Source of the DNA: Eledone cirrhosa
Taxonomy: Eukaryota
Reading direction: 5' to 3'
Assembly (NCBI GenBank): GCA_964016885.1
Contig: OZ024742.1
Coordinates: forward strand, 330,956,001 to 331,020,000
Length of the DNA stretch: 64,000 nucleotides
The notes below the pieces were generated by a model. It saw only the letters and a program-made list of their open reading frames with translations. It searched no databases and had not been told where the DNA came from. Position numbers and translations under genes: made by a program. Below are positions 13,900-26,200 of this stretch, piece after piece. Within the stretch, counting starts at the first letter, position 1. Each line of letters begins with the position of its first letter.

Positions 13900-15470
13900 A
13901 TTGCCCTAACATATATCTACTCCTTTTACTAATCATTTTATATTATGTCTGTATTGTCTTCTGTGTAGCCCGTTGTTCTATTCCGTCACGTGATATTTTT
14001 TGTATTGTGTTCTCAATAATCCGCATTCATCGCGGTATCTTTCAAAACCTAACAGTTTTTGTTAGGCGAATTGTCAGACCATTGGAGAAAAGGTTCTATC
14101 TACTGTTGTCATTTGAAGCATACATCTCGTGTTCAGCATTATACATGTGTTGTCTTCCAATAAGTTTGACACGCAAATAAAATGTATTCAGCTTTTTTAG
14201 GTAAGTGAAGGATTGTTATAATATAAATGGTGTTCAATGTTCGTGTGTTATTTGAATGTGCATAGTATCATCAGATTCTTTTACTTTTGTGGAATTATTT
14301 CTATTGTTCTCATTTAACTCATCATATGTTTGATGAGTTGATATTTTTGTCTATAACTCCTATGTATACGATCAAATGCTTGTATAATCCACGGTTGGCG
14401 CTGATTGTCGAATGCCTACATTTTTGTAATCAACTCTCCTGGACTTTTTATTAAATAATTGATTTTTTGTGTAGTAAAATGTTTGAGGCAACTATATAAT
14501 ATTAAATTTTAACGGTCTTTTAAAATTATATTTCTGTACAAATGTACATATTATATTCATGTGCCAGCAATTATAGAGCATTACAATTATATTTTTTTTC
14601 AAAATCATAAACACATATATGAGGTATTGCACATAAGTTTAGTACTGGTCAGACTAACTAGAGTAAAGATGGCATTTAATTATTGTGAATTTACTTTTAC
14701 TTTTAAATATTTCCATTGAAATCATGTCTCTTGTCAGCTCTGTTGACTACATTCATACACGCACAACTTTACGCATACACGCGTTATACTTGTGTTGCAA
14801 TTGGACATCTATTACCCAGTAATTATTTCGTGGTTTAAATTATGTGTGGTTTGTATTGGGAATATTTCCTTTCTAAACCGATAAATAACGTTTTTTTAAC
14901 ACCGTGAACATTGTATTCCACATAATCTTATTTTATATTGATGCTATCTTTTATAATTCTGGATTTCTCTACTGTTTCAGTTTTATATCATTTGTGTGTT
15001 TTCTGCTTTGAATTTTTAAGGATAAAGAAATTATATACTATATTTCTTTCATAGCTGCGTACGTTTCCTTTCCATTTTGAATAACTGAGTTTTGAGAGAG
15101 TAACTACTTTTATGTTTGAATTAATCAGATAAAGCATTGTTTATGAGAGTTGACTGTCACAGCGACATTTATATTCACTCTAAGCTTATGCTGATCAGTT
15201 TTAATATATCCTGTTAAATAGGGAGAGAAAAGCAGAATAAATTAACATTTACAGGAATTGCTAGACGTGTTGTAGGGTGGGAGAATAATAATCTCTATTG
15301 GATTCTTAGCTCAAATAATTGCAGCACAGTGGAATCATCTAATGGGACCAACTCCTTTAAACACGGTAACAAGATTAATTATATAACACGTATCAATTCT
15401 AGAAGTATTGTTAATGTATTTGTAATAGTTGTAAATAGCAAACACAGTCTTGGTAATTTGACATTTTAGA
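13900..15470 (-). pseudogene. PDS5: PDS5-like pseudogene copy 2 (N-terminal ~430 residues), intronless
   Basis: Colinear matches to PDS5A/B recalled from memory: LP..C..ELIRVI* ~ YPPG..EMVRRLK (~15450-15385), LLFSHP ~ FFLKHP (15274), VNSQ*LNAIF ~ VSQELLDTVL (~14690), KLLGFERYR ~ LLGFVRER (14044-14055), YKKY (13993-14004). Confidence 0.6.
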
Positions 15471-15869
15471 TTTGGTTATTTTTGTTCCAAATCTTGGATA
15501 CTTCATACACATAGGTTACAATATCAATATGTTTACGTATTACGGTTCTAATAAACACTTTATACAGTCTCTACAGAACATTTGATCAGTTTTGGTGATC
15601 TTTATTATTTTATTGGTCAGACATTTCTGACTGTTGATTGATATATTTTACACACAATTCCGTGAGGGCAAAGCATTAATTATTTTATATGCATTCGAAC
15701 GAAACTCTCAAAGAAAATATAAACCCTTTTCATGTATTTCCTCTCCACAAATTCTACATAAGGATCGATTAAATTATTTCATATATATAGGATATACAAT
15801 CAACTACTATGCTGCAATGTCTGACTTTTCTAACTAGTGCCAGGATTAAACAACCTCAATGATTACATT

Positions 15870-18800
15870 CAGCTCGTGATCAATGTTATCTGTTTTCGAA
15901 CACCGTTTCTTTGGATTCCTACTATGTATGCTTCACAAGCTTCATAAACGGAAATATGTGTATTACAAATCCCGTTGTTTATCAAACAGTCTTTCGCAAT
16001 AATTTGATTGATGAATGCTTCTTTTTTTTCTGCTAATAACTCACACCCTGATATTTCCTTCTTTCTATACAGAGAATGTTGATACATTTTATGAACAACA
16101 TTTCTAGGATAAAACGCCCGACATATGGTGTCGCTTGTACTGTGATTTTTACGTAGTATGATCAATTCGTTTCTATCCTTTCTAAAACCCCATAAGCATT
16201 ATTGAAATGGTCAGCCAATTAGCATTGCGCTGCAGATAAAGTATACTGGAATAACTCATCCTAGAATATCTCAAAGGTGAGAAGTTCCTATCTCTATCAT
16301 ATCTCAATATTTTTAATCTTTATATATATTTTCCATGCATTATTATCAAAATATGTTAATCACAAAGGTCACAACTGAAATATCTTTATTAAACCAAGCA
16401 TTGTTTGCACAAAGAATCTTATTCGATTTTCCACAAGCTCTGAGTTATATATAAATATATTATTGGTTTTAAGCGGAGTGCTTTTCATCACATACCCATC
16501 ACCTGTTTTTCTAGTATGAATCTACGTATATCAAAGAGAAAATATTATCGCCCTGAAAAAATCGCTATTGATCTTTATTCTTACTAAACAGACAGACGAA
16601 TATATATAGATTTATTTTTAGTGACCCCAAGTCTATACAATTTCATTTCTGAAATATTCTCCAACTATAATCACTTGTAAACATTTTACACCAAATATCG
16701 AGAAATTATTTCAAAATATTTCTTTGATACTATGACCCCAAGCTGGGCACACTTTGACTAGAATATCAGATTACACATAGATTTGGTAAATAAAACAAAT
16801 TTATTCGTAAAACGTATATCCTGTTACATTGAAACAATTTACGAAGGATGTTATGAAGGTTGCCAAGAATATTTTATATTTATTTGAGACAGACAATATT
16901 ACCAGATTTGTTTCTAACATATGATTCAATACTTGTTTATTAATATACGAAGTATGCTAATGGCTATCGGAATTGTCGTTAATAATACTTCTGAACCTAT
17001 ATTAATGATGTGTATCTAATTTTATTTAGAGATTGGTGTTCCAAGATCATACTTCTGTCTTCAGGTGTTTTTCATACTGAATATGATTTAATTTTATATA
17101 TGTCGTATTTCACCAATGTTTAAGTTTCAATAATTTAATGTCTTAGCAGTTTTATCTGCAACCCAAACACTTCTATATCTTTTATGTATGATTGTCAGGA
17201 AAACTGCATATAAAACTTGGAAATAAGAAATGATAATTTGGATATTGAGTTGAACTGAATGTGGTCATTGTAAGAGAGAATATGAAGCCACATTCTAGTA
17301 AAGAAAACAACTGAGGAACGTTCATGTGAAACGTTTATGGCTCCGAATGAAATAGGGTTATTGCTTTATTATGTGATCTAACTAGTAACAATAGGTAAAC
17401 CTTGACATATGCTATACCTGAAGGTGCATAAAAAATTCAAATAGAATTATTAGATTAGTTTATTGAGAGGATCCTACATATGTAATTGGAATAAAACGTA
17501 ATGGAATTGACCACCGAGATTATAATGAAGAGCACATTTGGAAAGCTAACCCATTGCAAATCCGAACGAATAAATCTTCCACCCAGGATTATTTCACACA
17601 ATACACCATCATTTACTATTCACATTGTTGCAAACAACGAATTATTGCCTTTAATATAAGAGCTACACAAATGTTATAGGTGATGTGGCAAACAATTTAG
17701 TCCGGAAAGAAAACCAAATTCAAAGAATAAGTTGATGACAACCATTAATTATATGACGAAATAAGATAGAAAGTATATTTGAACTACTGACATAATTCCA
17801 ATGCAAACACACATAAAGCATTCAAGTATATACTGTTTTTCATTGAAGTAAAGGGCATGCTATTGATGTGGATTCAAGTGTTGATGAATTTGGATATTAT
17901 TAGAAATAATGTGAGTTCATAATTCACCTAATGTAATCACACTTGCATTTCTTTAAAATTGAAGCACCATGTGTGTGCGCAAAACTGTAATCTTTGAAAG
18001 ACAAAGGTATCGCTCTGATTTGATTTTGTTTATACCAATCTGTCTACAGCTAGATAGATGTTCCATATTTCTAAATAGCAACGATATATTCTATAGAAAG
18101 GCAACATAATACATTCAATAGAATGGGAATATAATATTCTATAACTACACAAGTTAGCTCAGACAAAGACATAAACAAAAACATCAGCCACTATAGAGAA
18201 TGTAACAGCTATGACTGCAATCTGCTAAACTCCTTTCAATGGCTACAGACCACAGACAAGGTAACCCAACAAACAGGACCACAACAATATGAGAAACATC
18301 ACTGAAAATAAGCACAACGACAACATTGTCACCATAGCTACAGTATGTAGCCATAAGAACAAACCTTTCAACAATAATATTCGTGATAATGAAATTAATT
18401 GTTTCTACTTTAGGCACAAAGCCAGCAATTATCCCAGTGCATTACTGGTACTTTATTTTATCGACCCCGTAAGGATGAAAGGCAAAAATGAAATTAATAA
18501 TGATAATAATAGAAGCAGTGGTTATGATGGTGATAATGATAAAACAAATTATTTATTAATTAAAATGATTTTACATAAAGGACAGCACTAATAACAATAA
18601 AACATCGGACCAAAATATAACAGGTTGCGGCCCTTCGACGCGTAGCCGTGTCTGATGAAAAGGACAAGCTCAGTATTCTTGGTAAATAGTCATCCTTGAC
18701 TTGGTATCTTGAAAAGAAGTAACCTTCTGCTGAGAAGAAAGAAACATATTAAACACACAATATCTGCAGAAAAATTCAAGTATCGGATCAATCGATGCCC

Positions 18801-19400
18801 ATATTAACAAGGGGCGGGTCACTTTGCCAGAAATTTAAGAATTTCCGTAGATTTCACGTCCGTAACGCAGGCCGCAATATGTTCAACCCGTACATTTGTC
18901 AGCTGTTTCATCCGCTGATTTACTAAACTCTTTTCTTTCACACGACTCGAAGAAGCAGTTAGTTCGATCTTGTTAAAAACGAATGGTGTTAATGTACAGT
19001 TGCCATACACAAGTCAATAACGGACAAGATATATGTGTTTATTACCATCTCACGATATTTCAGTGTTAAAAATCTTTGAACTAAGTTTTGGATTATTCTG
19101 TTGAACTTACACATTATATCTTCAAGGTTTGTATTTACGTGTATTTCAAGGTCCATCAAGTGCTCTGAAATAATCTATAAAAAGACAGGATGAAGGGTAT
19201 TTTAGTATTAAATTGCAGCGGCAATTACGGATAGGACATTATAACTGATCTTAAATATTTTGCGTACTCTGAATACCTCTGTAGAAACAGAGTTATGATA
19301 GGTAGAAGGAATATATTTATAACTGTGTATTAAGTTTATGTTTTTTTTTTTGTTGGAATTATGAATCTTAACTATAATAAAGAAAGGAGTGCGGGACAGC
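15870..19400 (-). pseudogene. PDS5: PDS5-like pseudogene copy 1 (most of the HEAT-repeat body), intronless, many stops, SINE-interrupted
   Basis: Ordered matches: NINLIHSY ~ NIAWVKSY; HLMDL ~ HMVDL (19148-19162); YLPR..SSD..R ~ VLPQ..SND..R (~18690); RIYRCY ~ QIYKKY (~18085); STLE..*K ~ ATLD..WK (~17875); NPISF ~ HPISF (17345-17356); NIGSEVLL ~ TIGHIALL (~16990); gapless DIRR..KQCLV ~ QVRQ..RQCLV (ends 16392); CLW.VLE (16190); VYEACE ~ LYTVCD (~15945). Confidence 0.78.
18398..18487 (-). mobile_element. Truncated tRNA-derived SINE inserted in the PDS5-like relic
   Basis: Core GCCTTTCATCCTTACGGGGTCGATAAA..AGTACCAG plus tail, shared with 27750-27932. Confidence 0.85.
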
Positions 19401-19454
19401 ATCCAGAATATAATTTGTTATCCCGTTTGTAAAATAAATTGGATTACTTTGAAT

Positions 19455-19602
19455 AAATAATTACTGGTACTTTATTTTATCGACCCCGTAAGGATGAAAA
19501 GCAAAGTTAACCTCTGCGGCATTTGCACTCAGTTTGTAAAGGGACGTAACTGTGCTGCAAAGCATGGCGTCTGACCCTCTACCGATACTGCCAATCCACT
19601 GA
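19455..19602 (-). mobile_element. tRNA-derived SINE
   Basis: A-box-like TGGCAGTATCGG, degenerate B box, conserved core. Confidence 0.85.
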
Positions 19603-19735
19603 ATGAATATTACATAATTTATCTACTAAATTTCGTAACACATGATTAAACATATATTAAAAAAAAAATATTATTGCATAGTTCAAGATTCACTTTTAAA
19701 AGATTCAAATGTTAATACTTCCGGTATATCTATAC

Positions 19736-19768
<33 letters not shown>

Positions 19769-19879
19769 TGAAAGAAAAAGATGAAGCTATTTGGACTTTT
19801 TCCAACACGCTGATGTGTATGCGCGTGCGTGTGTGTATTTTTTGTTTGTTTTTATTTTATAAAATGGCTAGAGCGAGAA

Positions 19880-19912
<33 letters not shown>

Positions 19913-20346
19913 GAGAGAGATTGTATGTGTGAGTATATAAAGAGAGAGAGAGAGATACATATAGAGTGAATGTGACAGATATATATATTGTTCTCATACG
20001 CATTTTGCTGCTACCCCTGTTGTTATGACTACCTCATACTACTCTCTCATACAGAGAGAGTGACTGTGATAGAGAGAGAGATTGTGTGTGAGTATATGAA
20101 GAGAGAAATACAGATAGATAAAATGACTGTGCTATATTGCTGCTACCACCCTTGTTATGACTACCTCCTACTATTCTCTATATATATCTGGTATATGAAA
20201 TAGCAGACGAGCATACATCGTTCTTTCATAACGTTTATAATATTCCGTCTCTCATTTATTTCAAACATCAATTTATTTCAAAAATTTCTTTTCTCCGTGT
20301 CAGCTATATATATATATTTATATATTTTGTTTTGTATTAACATATA

Positions 20347-23224
20347 CTAGCAGAGGTACCCGGCGTTGACGGTATAACACTGAATGGAGTAGTCGTTCAA
20401 ATGAACCAAAAGACTTCCGTTAAACGTCTATAGAAGTAACAATTTATAGGTGTCTTTGAACGTTCCCTTTAAAATATCAATGCGGCGGTGCTGCCAGCAA
20501 AACAAATCCAATGGTAACAATTTAAAGTTGGTGAACATAAAGAGAACCTTAGATCGTTCAATCTTAAAAGTCTCATCGGCGTTGCTGCCAGCAAAGATGA
20601 ATCTAGCGATAACAATTTACTGTTGGTTGCCTTGAAGAGGACCTTTTAACGTTCACTTTGAAATATCTCAGCGGCGGTGCTGCCAACAAAGATGAATCCA
20701 ATGGTAACAATTTAAACTTGGGGGCTCTGAAAATAGCCTTGGATCGTTCACTCATATAATTCCCAGCGACAGAGCTGTCAGCGAAGACGACTCCGATTAG
20801 AGGTGGTGGCCCTTAAGAAGTCCTTCACACCACTTTGGTGTCTCGTATTTGCTTTGCTTGTTATTTGAGATTGTAGCCTAGAAAAGCATGTAACAGTCGG
20901 TGGCCACAAAAACGGCCTTGGCAAGATACGCTTGAATGTTAAAAACATGTGTAAATAAGATATAGGGGAAAATTAGATTAATTAGGTTAACACAACAAAA
21001 TATCGATAGCAAAGCATAATAGCAACATATAAATGCGGAAAACGGAGACATTGAACATTTATAACGTATAGCAAAAGCAACCTCAGAGGCTTACGTGGTA
21101 TTGTTAAAATGACAGAAATAGCACACGGAAAAAGCAAATGTAATCTCTTGTACACAAAAAAGCAGCGATTACTTGTTGGCGTATGGTGTGCCTAAAACAC
21201 TCACTTATAGATTATATTTTGGGTTTTCTCGCGAGATGCAAAAGCAAATAGGTTATGTCGGCTCCCCACTCGAGAGCAGCCAACATATAGTTGACCATGG
21301 GAGAAGCACGGTTCTTCTAAATTAAGCCCTACGACCGTCAGCGTCTGACCCTGTGATTTATTAATCGACATCGCAAAACTGAGCCGGAGAGGGAATTGCA
21401 GTCTTCTGAATAAAAATTGAATGTCTTTACCGGATGGAATGAGAGGTATCATTGGTATGAAGCCAGTATCCCTCTTACCACATCCTTATTTGAAAGGATA
21501 CAGGCAAAAATGGCCGAAAAATCACAGCATGATAAACTGGAACCATATGACCATAAATACGTTAACTAAACCTCCTTTAATGTGACAAATGTCGAAGAAG
21601 CATGCATTTCAGAAACATGGGGTAGCTTAGGAGAGTACGCCTGTAAAAAAAACCTGCCACTTGGCAAAAGCCAAAAAAGAAGTGTGATCCTTGTTCGGAC
21701 TTGACCGATATAAACAGGTGTGATATCGCTCAATGAACAACACTCGAGTTGTCTGATTGGTTAGATAATACAAATAAGTGTGAAGAATCTACTTAACACA
21801 ACTCACTGATGTGTGGTAGGCCAGAGGTCGATAGTTTGCACTTAATTGGGGTGCAATTAAACGGGGGAGACAACCGGGTGCAAACACTAATTAATCATTC
21901 GCACAGTTTAAGAATGAGTATGAAATAGCACAATCCACATACAGTAGGCATTCAAATTTACAGCTGGGTTAAATCACGCTTTCTTGGTTAGGACTATGAA
22001 ATGACGCCAACGTTCAAGGAAAAAAGTTAACTCCCCATTCCGCACTTAATTGTGTTGCAATTACACGGAAGAGACAACCGGGTGCAAAATTAACTTCAAT
22101 CATTCTAAAGATAACTAAACAAATAAAGTCAAGCCAGGGGGATTTAAAAATTCACTACTCCATTTGTAGGACATGAGTAACCGATTCGTCAACTTTCGTT
22201 TAAATTGACTTTTATTTCCAAAAGTTGAAATGCTTTGCTGCAAACATAATATGAACTTTAAAAGTGTGGTGCTTTATCTTATGGCAGGCAATAGCCATTT
22301 CGTTTAGTTTTTGTAAGAATCAAGTATAAAATACCGCAGTTATGGGGCTTTTTTGTTGTTGCAGTTTGAACTTTTATGGGTTAATGAATTGGGCTCAATG
22401 TCCCCTAGGGGGTCCTCTTGCTGAATTGAAATGAAAGCCTCACTGTATCTTCATCTGTAGTACATGAATAACAACTAAGTCGGAATTAATTTTATTGGAC
22501 TACAAATTATCGAAGCTATGACGCTTTGCTGCATTACAATAGCCAATAAATGACTCGCCGGGGTTTACTGCCCCCTGGGAGTCCCCTTGCTTGTTCCGGG
22601 TATAGGCAGTGTCTTGAACATCATACTTAGGCAATGGGTAACCAATGTGCCCGGTAAAGTTAAAATCGAACGTAAACTTCAAAACTATTCAGGTACTAAT
22701 AGAGTGTTAATGTGAACTTCAATAGAGAAGTCGAAGAGGCTTACTACCCCACCGCACCCCGGGGTCCCCTTGATAAGTTCAAGTAAATGTTCATGTGTTC
22801 ACCTTCCTTTATAAGCTATGGGTAACCAATATGTCTCGCTTCGTGAAAACCAAACACCAACTCAAGCAATTATTACGCTTTGTTGCATTGATGATAACAA
22901 CTTCAACATTCATCAAGTCGGTTTACTGCCCCCCAAGGTATCCCCTACCTGTATCTCTGCGCAAATTTATTTGTAGTCCATAAGAAAACAAAAGATTAAT
23001 GTTGGTGAAGATGGGGAATGATGGGGCCTTTATACAGTAGTACTGCTGACTCCAAACGAGAGCATTAAATGGGCTCCACGATCGACGTACGGAAAAATAA
23101 TATAGCCGACGACGCGTAATAGGAGTTCAGAAACCTATGTATGAAATCTGGTATAAATCGGTTGTAAAATGTAGAAATGCATGCGGTTACACAGACAGAC
23201 AGACATTTGTTTCATATATATAAA
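20347..23224 (-). mobile_element. Non-autonomous Helitron (~2.9 kb) retaining a Pif1-helicase C-terminal fragment
   Basis: 3' hairpin TACCGTCAACGCCGGGTA then CTAG|T; 5' A|TTTATATATATATGAAAC..(GTCT)n (TC probably mutated to TT); ORF 21201-21452 QFPLRLSFAMSINKSQGQTL..FSHGQLYVGCSRV. Confidence 0.85.
20440..20800. repeat. ~95-bp tandem repeat, about 4 diverged copies, inside the Helitron
   Basis: CGTTC..GCGG.TGCTGCCAGCAAA..TAACAATTTA recurs at ~20461, 20555, 20651 and 20745. Confidence 0.8.
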
Positions 23225-26200
23225 TGTATTTCTAAGATTTCACCGTAGAGATAACATATATTTATACATACATGACAGAATGTGAACATGGGACGCAGAA
23301 AACATTTCTCATCTAAATCCCAACGCATCGCAGCAGACGCACAAAGACAAAGAAAGATGAGGGCAAATCAATCAAATAATAATCGCTCTACAACATCCAA
23401 ACAAATTTCTCCAAATGTAATTCAGTTAATACACCAACAACAACTTGCAACGAATACCCCAAATGTTCAGAGAGGAAAGGAACAGGCAAATTGAAGGTCT
23501 GGCAAAGAATCCTTTAGAGAAACCTTTCCAAGATCAAACTGTTCTTTCCATAATCCCACAACATAATGCAGCGAGTCTCTTTGCCTCTGTTTGTCCGCAC
23601 AGCAAAGCTTTTCGCTGGCCAAATGAACCCAAATTTCTGTGCTGCTACCAGGGAAAAAGGAAACTCCTTCAACTTCCTCCTCCTCCACCAAATATACTGA
23701 ACTATTTCGATATCACTGAAGCAGGAAATTCCTTTCTCCATAAGATACCTCCATATAACAATGTGCTTGCCTTAGCTTCAATTGGTTGCAAAGAGATTAA
23801 AGCACCAGGATTAGTCCCACATTTACGATTCAAGGTAAGATTTGTAATATTATTGGATCACTACTTCCAAGAGATGATTCACCCAAGTTTGCACAGCTTA
23901 AATTCTATGATAAAGATCATGAGCTTCAAAATCACTTGCATCGAGCTAATTTAGATGCTGCTGTCCTGCGGGACTTGCATGAAGACTTGAACTACTGCAA
24001 CACCTATATAAGAAGCTTCAAGGCAGTCATTGAATTGCCAGTCTCTGAAAATGTGTATATTGTCCTATATGCTGACAAAATAAAACCCACTAATTTTCAT
24101 TGTCGCACATATAATCTTCCCATGGCATCTGAGATTGCTATTATTCATCCTGATGCAGCAGTACGTCTTTTGAATATCATCATTCATAAAATATATGGTG
24201 GTCTTCAGAGGATTCATCAGTTGCGCAGTTCTTATGATCCACTGCATTATGTGCTACTGTTTCCTTGGAGGAATTATGGGTTTCAGGTTGGTTTGAAAAA
24301 GTTTGACAACAACCACACACTCACATCCACTGATTTCTACTGTCATTGATTTCAGGTTAGGCAACGTGACTGAAAACATTCATCATGAAGAGCAGGCGAC
24401 TGATGCAGCAATATGCTGTAGGCAAAAATAGAACTGTGTCACCTCGGATGGGCCCGTAACAATCAAACTATGATACGATCTGAAAAGTATGGGGCTTTGT
24501 ATGATGCTTTGGCTGAAGGAGATTCAGTAAATGCAGGCCGGTGAAATGTTCTTCCTCCTTCAATCTATGGTTCCCCTCGCTTCTACAGTGAGTGCTTTCA
24601 GAATTTCATGACTGTGGTTCGAGACATAGGAAAGCCATCTTATTTCATCACAGTAACAACTAACCCTGACTGGGATGGAATAAAAAGAGTCTGCACCCTG
24701 GTGAAAAACCTAGAGACCGCCCTGATATTTGTGCAAGAGATTTCAAGATCAAGTATGATCAAGAATGAGATACTAAAAAGAAATGTCATAGGAAAAGTTG
24801 TGGCTCATTCTGCTATAATAGAGTGGGGGAAACGATGCCTCACTCATGCTCATATTCTGCAGATAATGGCTGAAGATAGCAGGCCCAAAACTGCTGATGC
24901 CATTGATCAGGTAGTGTACTGTGAGATTCCTGATAAAGAGACCAATCCAATTCTGCATGAGATCATCACATCCTGCAACATTCATGGCCCATGTGGACAA
25001 GCTAATATAATGGGCTCATATATGGAAGGGCTAGGACAACAATGCCACTGTTCAAAACGTTATCGCAAGGCATTCAGACAAACCACATTAGGTGCCGAAA
25101 ATTCCTTTCCGGAGTATAGAAGAAGGGATACGCAGTAGGGTGGACACACCTATACAATCCAACTTAAAGGTCAATCATTTACTGTTGATAATCGTGGGAT
25201 TGTTCCATACAACCCTTTCCTCTCATTGAGATATCAGTGCCACATCAATTGTGAGGTTGTCCCCGGTTTCAAGGCTGTTAAGTACTTATATAAATACATC
25301 ACAAAAGGATCAGACAAGATCACTTTCACTATTAAGGATGATCAAGGTATTGTGTCCATACCTAAAATGCGATTGAGAGCTATATCAATGCACGGTACTT
25401 CTCAGTAACTGAAGTATTGTCGAGAATCTATAAATGTTCGTGACATCATCGAAAACAGCCAGTTGAAAAACTGCCTTGCCATTTACCTGGGAAACAAATG
25501 GTCATGTATGAGCGAGGGCAGGAAGAAAGTGTTGTTTCTAGGGGACAGCCAATGATTTAGTTGACGGAATATTTTCAACTAAATATTAGACACCCATTGG
25601 CAAAAAATATATTGTATATTGATATTCCTAAATAATTCACTTGGACAAACAAAAAGTGGCAAAGAAGAAAGAAACGGGACAACTGGATGGTGATCAGCAA
25701 TTTATGAGTGAATATCTCTTGGACGCATTCCAACAGTATCTCTTAGTAGACATCAATCTGAATGATATAATCTCAGCATGATCCTACATCACAAGGCTGG
25801 GTCAACTTCATACAAAGATTTGAGGACAATTGAAGGAGTAGAATTTCAAACATTCCAAAAAGCATGCAGGAAACTTGGTCTGTTGGATGAAGATGGAGAA
25901 ACAGACAAAGTTATGGAATCTGCGTGGTACTCAGCCGTGAGAGATCTTCTGCAGCATTTTATTGTACTACATGCCAAATGACCCTCTGCAGTTTTGCGAG
26001 AAATGGAAGAATTGTCTTGCACTGGATATCATGCAAGAACGTCATGAGCAAGTCATGTCCATACAAACCATGCAGATTGTGCTACAGAAGATCTAACAAA
26101 GACTTTAACATGATCGCTTGGACATTCATGCCAACTATAGAGGTCCTCGGCCAGACCAAACTAGTGATGGCATACCAGAAATCAAGAGGGTCTTATGGCA

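Noticed and set aside
18654-18720. CTGATGA that could be a hammerhead core
   Set aside because: No convincing stems I-III; it lies antisense to PDS5-like coding sequence and is probably chance.
13900-19400. Idea that the PDS5-like stops are rescued by A-to-I editing or an alternative genetic code
   Set aside because: All three stop types occur, align to varied residues, and frameshifts and SINE insertions are present; ordinary decay fits better.
13700-19400. Possible endogenous RNA-virus polymerase or GVIN1-type GTPase relic
   Set aside because: No RdRp (GDN/SDD) or P-loop motifs were found in the frames I read; colinear PDS5 matches explain the region.
20440-20800. CRISPR-like repeat array
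   Set aside because: Whole units are homologous with no unique spacers, there are no cas genes, and the context is eukaryotic.
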